From contig OX597820.1 of NCBI GenBank assembly GCA_951406725.2, forward strand, positions 120,714,001-120,778,000: DNA of 64,000 bases, given 5' to 3'. Both the position numbers and the translations under genes were made by a program. This document shows positions 42,130-53,663 of this stretch, one piece after another; the stretch's first letter is position 1; the number at the start of each line of letters is the position of its first letter. The notes under the pieces were generated by a model, which was given only the letters and a program-made list of their open reading frames with translations, did no database searches and was not told the DNA's origin. Origin of the DNA: Octopus vulgaris. Taxonomy: Eukaryota.

Positions 42130-43110
42130 ATAAATGTGTTCAGGGCATTAAAAAATCTCAACAAAATGACAAACGAGAACATAAAAAAGAAAAACATAGA
42201 AAACAAACTTTTTTTCGAACAACGAAAGAAAAATAGAGAAACGAGACAGGCAACATAAAGAACATTCCCTTCATCAGTTGTCCCCTGTTTTATCTACTCC
42301 GCGTTTCGAAGGTAGGGACAAAACGCGGCTTCGTTAAAACAGTCCTTCCAGCAAAGGAAATTAAATAGAATTTGGGATTTTTTGCGGAGGGGTAAAAATG
42401 GTAACAAAAACAGTAAAGTAAGAACAAAACAGTAAAAAGAAACGGTGAGGACTGTTAAACCAAGACGATGTGGAGTGGTGAAGGCTTTTAAAAACGAGCC
42501 TTGAGGAGAGACAGTTAAAAGCATGTCTTGGTTTAAGAAGTAAGTGAAAGAAAGAAAGATGGATAGCCATTGGTCACGTGTGGGCAACGAGAAAGTCAAG
42601 AAGGAAGAGTGAGAGAGAGGGAACGGTGACAGGGAGAGGAGTAAAATAGGGAAAGGGTGGGAGAGAAAAACAGAAAGGAAGAAGAACAAGAGGGAGAGAT
42701 TCATAGAAAGAATAAAGGGGATAGAGAGCGTATCGGAATTATAATAATATATATATAGATAGATAGATAGTGAAAAAACGATATGGACGTTTTGTTTTGG
42801 TGTCTCGCTATACTGTATACGACTATGAGGATTTGCATTCCCAACGAAACTCGTCTTTTTCCCAAACTTGTTCTGAAACCTACTATAGTGTAATACATGT
42901 CTTTGGTGTGGTAATTGTGTGCGGCTGAAGAAGGCTATTGACATACATGTTACATCAATTATACATTGATATAAACTGTCCAATAAAGCCAGGAACATAT
43001 GTACCGCTAAATCCTTTGCATCCTGTTTTTCTTTTGATAAATATACCTATCACCTACACCACTAACTGGCATATACAAGCGCTTATAGTTATCAAGTATT
43101 TCACCCTGAA
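42130..43110 (-). mobile_element. Penelope-like element 3' region / pseudo-LTR, decayed
   Basis: Between TA runs, pyrimidine-rich on the minus strand, contains a hammerhead core; only weak GIY-YIG-like traces near 42900-43000. PLE class is inference. Confidence 0.45.
42267..42342 (-). ncRNA. Hammerhead-ribozyme-like RNA with non-circularly permuted (pseudoknotted) strand order
   Basis: Minus strand: CUGUUUUA ACGAAG CCGCGU U UUGUCCC UACC UUC GAAA CGCGG AGUAGA UAAAACAG GGGACAA CUGAUGA A GGG. Stem III CCGCGU/ACGCGG, stem I UUGUCCC/GGGACAA, extra helix CUGUUUUA/UAAAACAG, stem II weak. Confidence 0.65.
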
Positions 43111-43115
43111 CTTTT

Positions 43116-43166
<51 letters not shown>

Positions 43167-43314
43167 CCGTTAGATTCACTTCATCATTTAAATTAATTTG
43201 TCACAACATTTTCGTCGCTTTGAAACCGCGATGAAATTCCGTGCTGCATCACGAAATTTTGTCAGTGAACAGGTGTGTGTGTGCTCATGTTTGTGTATTC
43301 TTTTATTCTTGTAT

Positions 43315-44200
43315 GCGTTTCAGCCTGAAGACTGTGGTCAGGCTGTAGCACTGCCACCATCATTGACTTTACAACAGCCATTCCTTTTATTAGCTGAAAT
43401 GAGGGAGTTTCATATTACCAACCTTTCTTCAGTTTCTGCCATGATATAGGTTCATCTATGATTCGAAATCTGAAGGTTAAATTGCTTCTTGAAAGTATCT
43501 CCCCCGACTCCATGTAGTTCTCTCAGATATTTTGGCAATATATTAAATAGCTATGTGCCTTTGAATTCCAAGCTAATGCAGTAACTGGTTTTGTTTGGGG
43601 GACTAGTTTAACTGGTTAGTTAGGCCTGGCGCTCGTCCCTCATGAATTTTGTATGTATCATTTTATATCTCTCCCACATTGGCTTCAGACAGTTGAGACG
43701 AAATGCTTTCAGAGTTTCTTCCAGTCGTTCATGTGTTTCATTGGTTCGGTTTTCTCAAAATGGAACCACCGCGAGTTCCGCTATCAAGTTGACACTGTGA
43801 GGTGAGAATCTCTATGAGTCGCTGGGCTGAGAACTGATTGCAAATGTCCCCCCTAAAACCATTATTATTTTCTGATCGCTTGATCTGGAGGTTTTCGGAA
43901 TCCAACGGGCCATTCAGTTACATATTTCAAATATCTTGGTGATAGGTACTTGAACAGATGCATATTAATCCCAAGATCCCGAACGTATTTGACTATGGGC
44001 TTGGCGCACCTTTTGTGTAGTATATCCGCGTTGCGGCTTGTTTGTACAAGCAAGCTGACAATTAATTATCATATAGAGTATGATAATGAACTGAATATTT
44101 CAGTTCAATGACATTTTTTTGCAGATAGACTAGGATTTTCGATGAGAGTTGCTAATAGTAAACCAGCGAGCGCAACATGTAGTCTTAATATTTTCAGTTA
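43315..44200 (-). mobile_element. Old CR1/L2-group LINE 3' region
   Basis: Tail (reverse complement) ggcagtgctacagcctgaccacagtcttcaggctgaaa, VRDLGI motif in ORF 43865-44053, colinear with 5335-6150. Confidence 0.65.
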
Positions 44201-44469
44201 AGAAACAACTCGGAAAGTATCAATCGGAATGAGAGATAATTTCGGTCTTAATGCTAAGGATTAATGTATAAGACGTGCTTCTATCTAATTAGTCTGTTAC
44301 AACAATGCCTAGTCTCTACGTGCGCCAGGAAAATGAATGAATTACATATACATAAATATACATGCATGCACATTTGTAGTGTTTGGTTCATGTAAATATA
44401 TTTACAGAAGTAAACATAATTTTAAGTCTCTCAACACTTTTCTAGAAAATAGAATATTTACTAAAATAT

Positions 44470-44690
44470 TCTGTTGTGTATGGGGAGAGTCATTTTCTTT
44501 TTGTGCCTTATAATCTAACACACTCACCGGTAAAATTTCCACTTTTTTCTTATATTTATTTTCCTAAAATTTTCGTTGCCTCTTGCAAACTTTTCAATAG
44601 TCTTGACTCAGAATATGCTTCAAAACACGAACTCATATAAAGAATCTTGCAAACCAAATCCAAAAACGAAATACTAAAATATTGTTATTT
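44470..44690. mobile_element. Fold-back/PLE-like repeat family (as 9661), single arm
   Basis: Shares gtcatt..gccttat..taacacactcaccgg and the aatatgcttcaa..ataaagaatct.gcaa.ccaaat tail with 9661-9900. Confidence 0.7.
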
Positions 44691-45469
44691 GCCAATAAAT
44701 TTATAAACGGACAATGATTCACCATTTCATTGTGGTAGACCTCGCCATTAGGTGATATGTTTTGTTTTTCTAGCCCTACATATTTTCATGAATTGTCCCT
44801 CGGTTATCATTCATTGCCTCATCTAACCATGCATTTCTCTCTGTTACGTACACAGAAGATAACAAGAAACCGTATTGTGAATTTTGGAATTCTTTTTGTT
44901 CGCGCAAGACCAGAGAACACGACACAAAAAGAATGTAAAACAATTAAGCGCGTGACCGTGGATATTGTTGAAAAGGAAGGCGTGTTTTTGTTTTGTTGCT
45001 TCTGTCGTTGTTTTCCTTGATATGTTTTGCTGATGAAAAGCATCTGAAAAAGATAAAAGACCAAATAAGAAGTGTCGTTGATCAATTTGTAGAAACTACT
45101 CATTAATGTGTGTAGTCTCCCAATGATGACAAAATAACAAGATATATATTGCGATTGATCTTTGAAAGGGAACTGAACATATATGGTATATTCACGCACA
45201 ATTACACACATGCGTGTAGCACAAGCACGCACAATCGTCTATCTACGCGTATACATATTACCAATCAACAAAGGCACGCACACACATATATACACATATA
45301 CACATATATACGTATGACGGTCTTTGTTCACATAGTTACTGAGATCACATTTTTTTCCCTCTTTTACGAGTATATTTACACATCAAACGAATACATTTTT
45401 ATTGCGATTTGAAAACATGTTTATATATACATTGTACACGAGCATCTATCTATCTAACTATTTATCTAA

Positions 45470-45501
<32 letters not shown>

Positions 45502-46154
45502 TTGTTTGTATATATATACGCATGCATGTTTACACATATAAACATACTCACACACATACGTGCATATACACACACATATATATCATAGCTTTGTATAACT
45601 ATATCGTGTATCTAGAATGAGAGAGAGAGAGGGAGTACAGGAATTCGTATATACACGTATATATGCTTATATGATATGTCAGAGAATGTGTGTGTGTGTA
45701 TAAGTGTGTATGTATGTGCATGTACCCAGGTATATGTGTAAGCATATATGGATTATGTGAGTGTGTGTGCACGCGTGCATGTGTGTGCTTTTCTCTTTTT
45801 TACACGCGTGCATGTGTATGCTTTTCTCGGAAAGGGAAATAGACATCGTATGTAATACACCGTGTCCGAAATACTTGCGTAATAAAGTCTTATTTAAAGA
45901 ATGGAGTAAACAACTGCGTCACTCCATTGATACATCACGACGATATTAGAGAATAAATACGAACAGAAATTTATCCGTAAATGCATTTGCAAATAACGAA
46001 CGTCCAAAAATAAGTTGCATTCATTGCTATCATAAAATCGACCGATTTTATCATTTCAAATAGAAAACATTCAAAATGTTTCTTAAACCAATTAGTAAAT
46101 TCTAACGAATTTAAGTCTGAAATACGATACCACTCGACAATTTTTCCCCATCTT

Positions 46155-46545
46155 TATTTCGTCCGTCTTTCCATAGTCTGTTCAAAGTTTGCTGCGGTCG
46201 ACTTTGCTTTTCATCATTTCGGGGTCGATTAAATTAAACACCAGTAGAGCACAGGGTTCGGCGCAATCGGAACTCGAAATTCTTGGTCCTCTGCCAACAT
46301 TTGTAACCAGTATCGTTTGTTTATCTAAGGCGGCAATCTGGCAAAATGTTCACACGCCGGGTAAGATATTTAGCAACGTTTTGACCGTTGTATTCATTCT
46401 GAGTTGTTCGAATTCCACCGAGGTCAACTTAGCCTTTCATCCATTCGAGTTGAATGCGATAAATACCGGTTGAGCAGTTAGGTTGATATAATCGACTTAC
46501 TTCCTCTTCTGAAATTGCTGGCCTTGTGTCAAAATTTGAAATGAA
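46155..46545 (+). mobile_element. Two tandem SINE family B copies (~46155-46310 and 46327-46545)
   Basis: Each has the ctttcatc..tcg..tacc central domain and a ctggcct..caaaatttgaaa-type tail. Confidence 0.8.
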
Positions 46546-48099
46546 TAGTGTTTGGCTATTTGCTTCGGTTTTGGCTTTGGTTTCTTTCCTTCATCAACCA
46601 TATTACGTGGGATCCTGCAGAAACCATCAATGTTAAAATGTCTACTGTAACCACTGAAGGCCTCGCAGAAATACTCACTTGGCTTATATTATCAAACGTT
46701 TATCTTTCATTTGAAAATCTTGAGAATGTGTAGAGAGAGACAGCGTTACGTAATATTTCAGAGAGGGTGAAAAAACCCGTGGAAGGTACCTAACCGACCC
46801 ACAACCTATGTCTTCTCATATAATTGCTTAATAGGTTGTGATTCATCGAGTTTTATTCTGCTTCTCTTTGAAGAAATCTTTCTGTCTCCCAGACGCTACG
46901 ACACAGGAAGCCTCACTCAGCCACACTTCTGTAATCCTTACCCGAGGTATTACAAAGAATACACGTATGATTATATTAGCATTTCTTACCTTGTAGCAAT
47001 TACGATTCATTAATTTTATTTGCTGAACGAAACGACCAGATCGCCTTCTAAATAATTAGTTACAATTATGTTAACTACTGTTTATATATTGAATTATGGC
47101 ACAAATCATAGAATTATTGTTAGAGAAAAGACGGCTAGGGATTACCACCGATAGATTCTCTTCCAAAATATGCAATTAGGCATTCGTCTTCTTCATAATA
47201 GTTATCTCCATACATTCATATATTAATCAATCATTTAATGAACCTAGATATGTGCACATACATGTATATACGTTTGTGTGACTACACACACAGACACAGA
47301 CACGCACACATATATACATATGTATTAAGGGAGAGAGAGAGAGAGAAGGAGAGAGAGGGAGAAAGAGAGACACCTTGTTAAGTACGCGTACGGTAAATAC
47401 GATTAAACCCAATACATGTCTACTACATATAACAAAATATCGACTGTAGTGTATAGAAAATCTAAGATAAAGCCAGTGGAGTTTCACGACAGAATAAAGG
47501 AAATCAATTCAGACCCGAAAGCGGAATGGTGTCTTGGATTTCTTGAAATATCTTTACTGTAAGAAGAATATACCCGCAAAGAAACGTCTGCTTTCGGAGA
47601 GGTGAATGCGTTCATCAAAATTTCTTTGCAGCAAAATTGATTCCGTTGTGAAGGACAGTCGATTGACCCTGGTAGGAGGGAAGCTTGTCTTTGCCGTTAG
47701 AAAATATGAGCTAAAAATCAAAAGTTGTATAAATCAAGCTAATTTCACTATAACAACTGGATAGAGCCAAAGAATAATCATTAAACCAGATGAGGAGAAA
47801 AAGAGAATCTCACTATTCATATAAGCCTTTGTAAACGAGAGCATTTCTTTCTGAAGGTGGAGAGGAGATACTTTCCTGGTGTTCATGCTCTAATTCACCG
47901 TAGGACGCTACGTTTCCTCACTTAACATGAAGAACAGATGAGAAAATATGTGAAAGTCTAAAACTAAAGAGAATATTAAAATTAGTCTGTTTCCTTCCTA
48001 AAAACGTAGTTTTGATCTTACAGCATGGATGCTTGTGCAAGTGTTTTAATATATGAGAAAAAATATCACCACTGAACTGCAGATCATATTAAATGTCTT

Positions 48100-48325
48100 G
48101 CAAACAACTTGCCCATGCAAGTACTACCAGTCAAAAACTCCGTATACCGGAAGCCAGCAAGTGTATGGGATCATCAGAAGAGAAAGCGCGCCGTTTCGGG
48201 GCCTACCTCTCGACGGCATCTATGCGCACCGGCCCCCCTCACTGATATGAGGCCCCCGCTTGCTGGATTAGCTGGTCATCAAATGAAGCTCAATATCCTT
48301 CTAGCCATCGCTCATCGTCTCTTAT
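48100..48325 (+). mobile_element. Possible RTE-type LINE 3' remnant
   Basis: LAGLAGHQMKLN resembles the RTE terminal zinc-finger (GL.SH.R.H), followed by ccatcgctcatcgtc; weak. Confidence 0.3.
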
Positions 48326-48349
48326 ATACATATATACATATATACATAT

Positions 48350-49550
48350 GCTAAGGAAAATGGTCTGAAAGGATGCACTAAGGTATTAATATGCAGCGCT
48401 CAAAGATAAGCCCTACAATCTAATTTACACCGACCCCAAGTAGATTAGAGTGGAGAATGCCCCAATTTGTAGGCTATGCGGCAGTAAAAAGAAATCAGTC
48501 TCGGATATTTTGAGTGTAGAAAGCTGGCCCAAATGGAATACAAAAGGAGGTGCAATAATGCAGTTAACTTAGGGAGAGTTTGAGAAGTAGGGCCTTGAAA
48601 GAACATGAAAATAGTTGAAAGATAAAGTTGATGGCGTTACCGAGAATATTGAATATAAGATGTTAGGGGCTTTTAAAATCCAATGTGACTCAGGAATTGA
48701 TCTGTGACCAGATATTGTTGTAGTGAATAAAAGGAAGACGGAAACTAAGATCATAGAAATGACGGTATTTGGAATGCTCGAGGGGGTGACAAAGAGGAGG
48801 ATCTTTTCGGTTTGAACGGCAGTTTTTCTAGCGGTGTCATATGAAATTGTCACCCATAATTATGACCCTAGTATCGATCTATTGCATTTCAATCTATTTT
48901 AGGGTTAGGGTTAGTTAGGGTTAGGGTTAGGGGGGGACGGTATCTTTTTTTCTTCACAAATGTAAATAAAAACAATCTGTTTCTTAAACGAGGGACAGAT
49001 TCATACGGCACAGAACGTTGTTTACCTCAATGGACGTCAGTGATTAGTTGAAATTGCAGAAATTGAAGAAAAAACAGCAAATATCTTACAAACTATAGAA
49101 TTTTCTCAATAAAACCAAGAGAAAAAGGTGTTTTATAAACACATTCTACCAGTATACAAAGTTTAAATTTTTTTAGTTGCCTAGAAATTATGTTAAAAAC
49201 TGCCGTTCAAACCGAGAATATCCCAAAGAGGTGGAAAATATTGAAAAATAGAAGCTGCTAAAAGACGAAATCGCACGAGTGTGGGCAATGAAGAAAGTAA
49301 CTCTGTGAGAAAGTAACTCTGTGAGAATTAACAACCAGATTTGAGAAAAATGTTGGAGAAATTGGAGTTCACATTAGGGTAGTGGAGGTTCAGAAAACTG
49401 TTCTATTGGAGGCAGCGAGGATTTTCAGAGTGGTTCTTGGATGTTAACTGTCGTGGAGAGAGACCTTGTGAGACCTTTGACAAGTTGCTGTTCTGCCTTA
49501 CAAGAATTAATTGGTGTAAGAAAAATCAAGATCATCAAGAAGAAAAATGT
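48350..49550 (+). mobile_element. R4/Dong-clade 3' fragment (CCHC + RLE) interrupted by a MITE; ends at gatgat/taataat
   Basis: CRLCG..ESV..ILSEC.KLA..EYKRR-like, PDIVVVNK..KIIE, LLKDEIARVW, VQK.VLL.AARI across frames. Confidence 0.75.
48798..49223 (+). mobile_element. TIR element (MITE-like) of the TTAGGG family, 8-bp TSD
   Basis: TSD caaagagg at 48790-48797 and 49224-49231; ttagggttagggttagttagggttagggttag near 48899-48930. Confidence 0.93.
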
Positions 49551-49594
49551 AAGCGATGATGATGATAATAATAATATAGTCACATATCCAGAAA

Positions 49595-49798
49595 TACTTG
49601 TTTCAAATTTGGCACAGTGCCAGCAATTTTAAGTCGATCATATTGACCTTATGACTCAACTGGTACTTGTTTTACCAATACCAAAAGAATTACAGGTAAA
49701 ATCGACCTCGGCGAAATTTGAACTCAGAATGTAGGAACAGACGAAATTGCTGCTAAGCAGTTCGCTGGCCGTGCTACCGATTCTGCCAGCTCGCCTCC
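49595..49798 (-). mobile_element. SINE family B
   Basis: ttcaaatttggcacag..ctggtactt..tcgacctcggcgaaatttgaactcagaa..ttctgccagctcgcc. Confidence 0.8.
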
Positions 49799-50045
49799 TG
49801 ACAAACATGTCCAGTAATATCAAAGAGAGGCGGGTTGTTAACACCATTGATCCCACTACTTGATCAATATGTTACACTGTCGCCTGAGGAGAAGCACATG
49901 ATATCAGCGTGTTTTGAACGCAGGGCGTATAGAATCGGACGAAATAGCGCATCACATTTTCCTCCAACGCTCTCCCTGTTGTGTCACTTCACAAATATGT
50001 TAAACACGAAGTCTGCAATATTGTGAAGGCGGTTGCAAGCGATTA

Positions 50046-50270
50046 CAGTAATCCCTCGATAATCGCGGGTGTTACATTTCAAAACCCGGCGTTTCAAAAT
50101 CCGCGAAGTAAAAATAGTACTATACTGTATTCTTTTCTTTTGTTTTTGTTATAGTTATCATTTGCATATATTTATTATATTTTAAATTCAAAACAACACC
50201 ACAGAGGAATCGACGCAAGCTTAAATAAGAAATTGCGATAGGTGAACCACGATATGGCTAGGGATAACTG
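50046..50270. mobile_element. Tigger/pogo-type MITE
   Basis: Termini (TA)cagtaatccctcgataatcgcgg ... ccacgatatggctagggataactg. Confidence 0.7.
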
Positions 50271-50922
50271 TGTATCCAGTAGGTTGAACGGAACATGTGG
50301 CCTCGCTGGGGTTTGAACCCAGGAGCAAACCAAATGAAACTATGGACATTAATAATTTTTTCTCATCTAATAATTCTGTCAATCTACGAACCAGAAAATA
50401 TTCTACGCATGTATCGCAACATTTAAGCAAATGTATCTTATATAATTCGCTTGTATCAATTTCCGGCGCATAAGAGGAATTGAATAAGAATTGTTACTTG
50501 TGGATTGGGTTAGAGAGAATAAAGATCTGTCGGGAAAGAGCAATTAAACTGGTCTGTTTCAAAAAATGTTATTCCTACCCTGAAGGGACGAATACCATTA
50601 TAGCTTACAGCTGATTTGGTAATTTCATCACGTGATATTTTATGAATGCTCTAGTTTAAGTATAGACATCCTATTAATTCATAGTAATCTAATTCTGTTT
50701 GTTTGTTTGTTTTTCTGGGCTGCTTTGATTTCCCGGTTAATTACCGCGACATTTGTTTCTCTTTGATTTCGCTTCAAGAATGTCGACAATATCTATGATA
50801 TCATGCAACAGAGAATGTTTATAATTAACAATAATTATAGAATTATTAAAATATCTCAGTTAATTTCATGCAATATACTAGAATTGCCAAAAAAAAAGGA
50901 AAAAATATTTCTAATATTTCGA

Positions 50923-51328
50923 AGGCGCAGGAGTGGCTGTGTGGTAAGTAGCTTGCTAACCAACCACATGGTTCCGGGTTCATTCCCACTGCGTGGCATC
51001 TTGGGCAAGTGTCTTCTACTATAGCCCCGGGCCGACCAATGCTTTGTGAGTGGATTTGGTAGACGGAAACTGAAAGAAGCCCGTCGTATATATGTATATA
51101 TGTATATATATGTGTGTGCATGTTTGTGTGTCTGTGTTTGTCCCCCTAGTATTGCTTGACAACCGATGCTGGTTTTTTTACGTCCCCGTCACTTAGCGGT
51201 TCGGCAAAAGAGACTGATAGAATAAGTACTGGGCTTACAAAGAATAAGTCCCGGGGTCGAGTTGCTTGATTAAAGGTGGTGCTCCAGCATGGCCGCAGTC
51301 AAATGACTGAAACAAGTAGAAAGAGTAA
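50923..51328 (+). mobile_element. tRNA-derived SINE family A, full length
   Basis: A box tggctgtgtgg, B box ggttcattccc, internal TA/TG tract, LINE-like two-hairpin tail, (aaagagt) end. Confidence 0.93.
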
Positions 51329-51399
51329 TTAAAACTTGAATAAAATCATTCATTTCATTTTTACATGAAATAATTAAATGCAAAACTTTTAATTACCAA

Positions 51400-51900
51400 C
51401 ACTGTTTACTTTCCATTCGCGTAGGGAACATCAACACATGTATACAAGATGGAACCATTGTATAGGAACTCACCATTTCTGCTCGATTCCTTTCTATGTT
51501 TAGTTAAGTGTGTATACGTTTGATTGTGCTCAGACTAATTTCTGAAAGACATTTACGTCATTTTTCCTTTCAGTTATGCAAGATTCAGCAATATCACCTG
51601 TAGGTAAGTATTTTTCTGATTAAGTGTTTGCAATAATGTAACTAGGCGATACATACCTGTTTTGACAGGATGGTCATCTAAGTGTGTTCATTATATGATT
51701 TAAGGAGTTTCTGATAGGAAGATGTAGACCACGGGGCGAAAGAAAACTGATCTTATGTCTCTGCTAGACATTCGGTAATGAGCTTCTCTTTATTTACCCG
51801 ATTTTATATTATTTTTTCTCATTTCTTCTGTTATCTGAGACCAAGTTGTATAAGATTTGGCTTCCGTGTGTTCTATATACAATCAAATTTCACGGTTCTT
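51400..51900 (-). mobile_element. Ancient L2/Crack-like RT remnant
   Basis: Ordered minus-strand traces of EK++Y.R, Q..FRP..ST, KL..YG..G and GVP.GS.L, all broken. Confidence 0.4.
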
Positions 51901-52664
51901 AATCTTCACTTGGTAACTCAGCATCCATTTGAAATTAATGTAACTACATCATTTGAAGATTTACTAAAATAGAAGAGCTAAAGTAGTGATGCATACCAAC
52001 TCGTTTGTGGTGTTGCATTAAGTTTCAATGTTTAGCTCGCCTTTAATAAAATCATTTTGGATTTGCGTCGATATCTTTCCTTTCAAAATGGAATTATTTC
52101 TTCTTTGATAGCAACGTAATATTTACGATGATTTCTCTTGCAGTATTTCTTTAGTTTCAATTATAACTTCTTTCACTTCCTATAATTCTGTAGTAAAGTA
52201 AGGACGTAAAACTATCATAGACATAGAAATTTATATCTTTTATGCCCATATCTATATTTCGGTTATCTTTGTACGATTTGAGAATTGTACTCCTGATTGA
52301 TAAATACATTATCGTCCGATCCGGCAGATAAAGGTTTATATCTTACATGTGACGACAGGTATTTCAGTTTCCATCTTGCCATATTGTTTGCACCAAATAA
52401 AAAGCACTATTTCTCTTTTTAATCTGGAGGAAACAATTGTGGTTGGTATTGTTTCACATGTTTTGATGTGTCTCAACCTGACCAGTGTTCAATGGCTTAT
52501 TTGCCTGAGCACTGTCTTTACACATTGAGGTCGAGTGACCGGTTGTAAGTGCGAGCATTTTCAATATATTACTTATTTGATGAAAAAAAAAACGAATACG
52601 TCACAAGAAGCAAACCCAATTACACACAGCACCGACATTCAGATTATCTGTCATTGTTCTGAAC

Positions 52665-52789
52665 ATCACTATCACCATCACTACGATGATGAGGATCACC
52701 ATCATCATCGTCATCACCATCATCGTTACAATTACCAACATCATCATCATCATCATCATCACCATCATCACCATTACCATCATCATCAC

Positions 52790-52833
<44 letters not shown>

Positions 52834-52891
52834 CCATCAACATCATCGCCACCACCACCACCATCATCATCATCACCATCATCGCCATTAC

Positions 52892-52941
<50 letters not shown>

Positions 52942-53105
52942 CCATCATCATCATCAACATCAACATCAACATCACCATCACCATCATCATCGTCATCACC
53001 ATCATCATTACAATTACCATCATCATTACAATTACCATCATCATTACAATTACCATCATCATCATCATCAGCAGCAGCAGCAGCAGCAACAGCAGTAACA
53101 TCATC
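52665..53105. repeat. (CAT)/(CAC)/(CAG) compound microsatellite
   Basis: Direct reading; source of the poly-H/D/M pseudo-ORFs. Confidence 0.95.
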
Positions 53106-53114
53106 ATTATTATT

Positions 53115-53592
53115 GAAGACGTTGCAAATGTCCAATATCATACAGTTGCTCATAGAAGATATTGTATCTGCGGGTGGCGGGGAAGCGGTTATACTGTCTA
53201 TCAAGTCACAACAACGAGCTCAGACAGACGACTAAATGCTGCTATTTTTGTTATGTATTTGTCTGAATCTTTTTTTTTTATACCTAATGTACCTACGACA
53301 GCAACTGTTCCTCTTTTTAGGCTCCACATTCGACTTACGACTATTTCCAGATATTTGTATTTTGAAAGTTTCTCCGTTTCTTTTGGAGAAATGTTGCGAC
53401 CTGTTGGCATCAATACATCCATTAGAAAGCATTTTTCCTAGATGATCGTTGACAACTATATCCGGCCTACTAGCCTTAATTTTTTATATCTGTGGGTATT
53501 GGTATATCACAGATCATGGTTGCTTTCTCATTTACTGTAACCTTTTCTGGGGAGTGCCGATACCATCATTTCTATGTTGTTATTCCATAGTG
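53115..53592 (-). mobile_element. R4/Dong-clade RLE fragment abutting (TAA)n
   Basis: DVLMPTGRNISPKETEKLSKYKYLEIVVSRMWSLK..VVGTLG. Confidence 0.85.
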
Positions 53593-53618
53593 TATTATTA
53601 TTATTATCATCATCATCA

Positions 53619-53653
<35 letters not shown>

Positions 53654-53663
53654 TATTATTATT

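Noticed and set aside
42294-42998. 234-aa hydrophobic ORF on the minus strand
   Set aside because: Composition follows the CT-rich repeat sequence; no recognisable domain.
50923-51000. tRNA-like A/B boxes here and in other SINE heads
   Set aside because: They continue into SINE bodies and lack an acceptor stem; not tRNA genes.
51574-51603. 30-nt microexon candidate (ttcctttcAG...GTaagt)
   Set aside because: Lies inside an antisense L2-like RT remnant, so the signals are probably coincidental unless RNA-seq shows exonisation.
52535-53441. His-rich, Asp-rich and Met-rich ORFs
   Set aside because: Read-through of the (CAT)n microsatellite into an R4 fragment.
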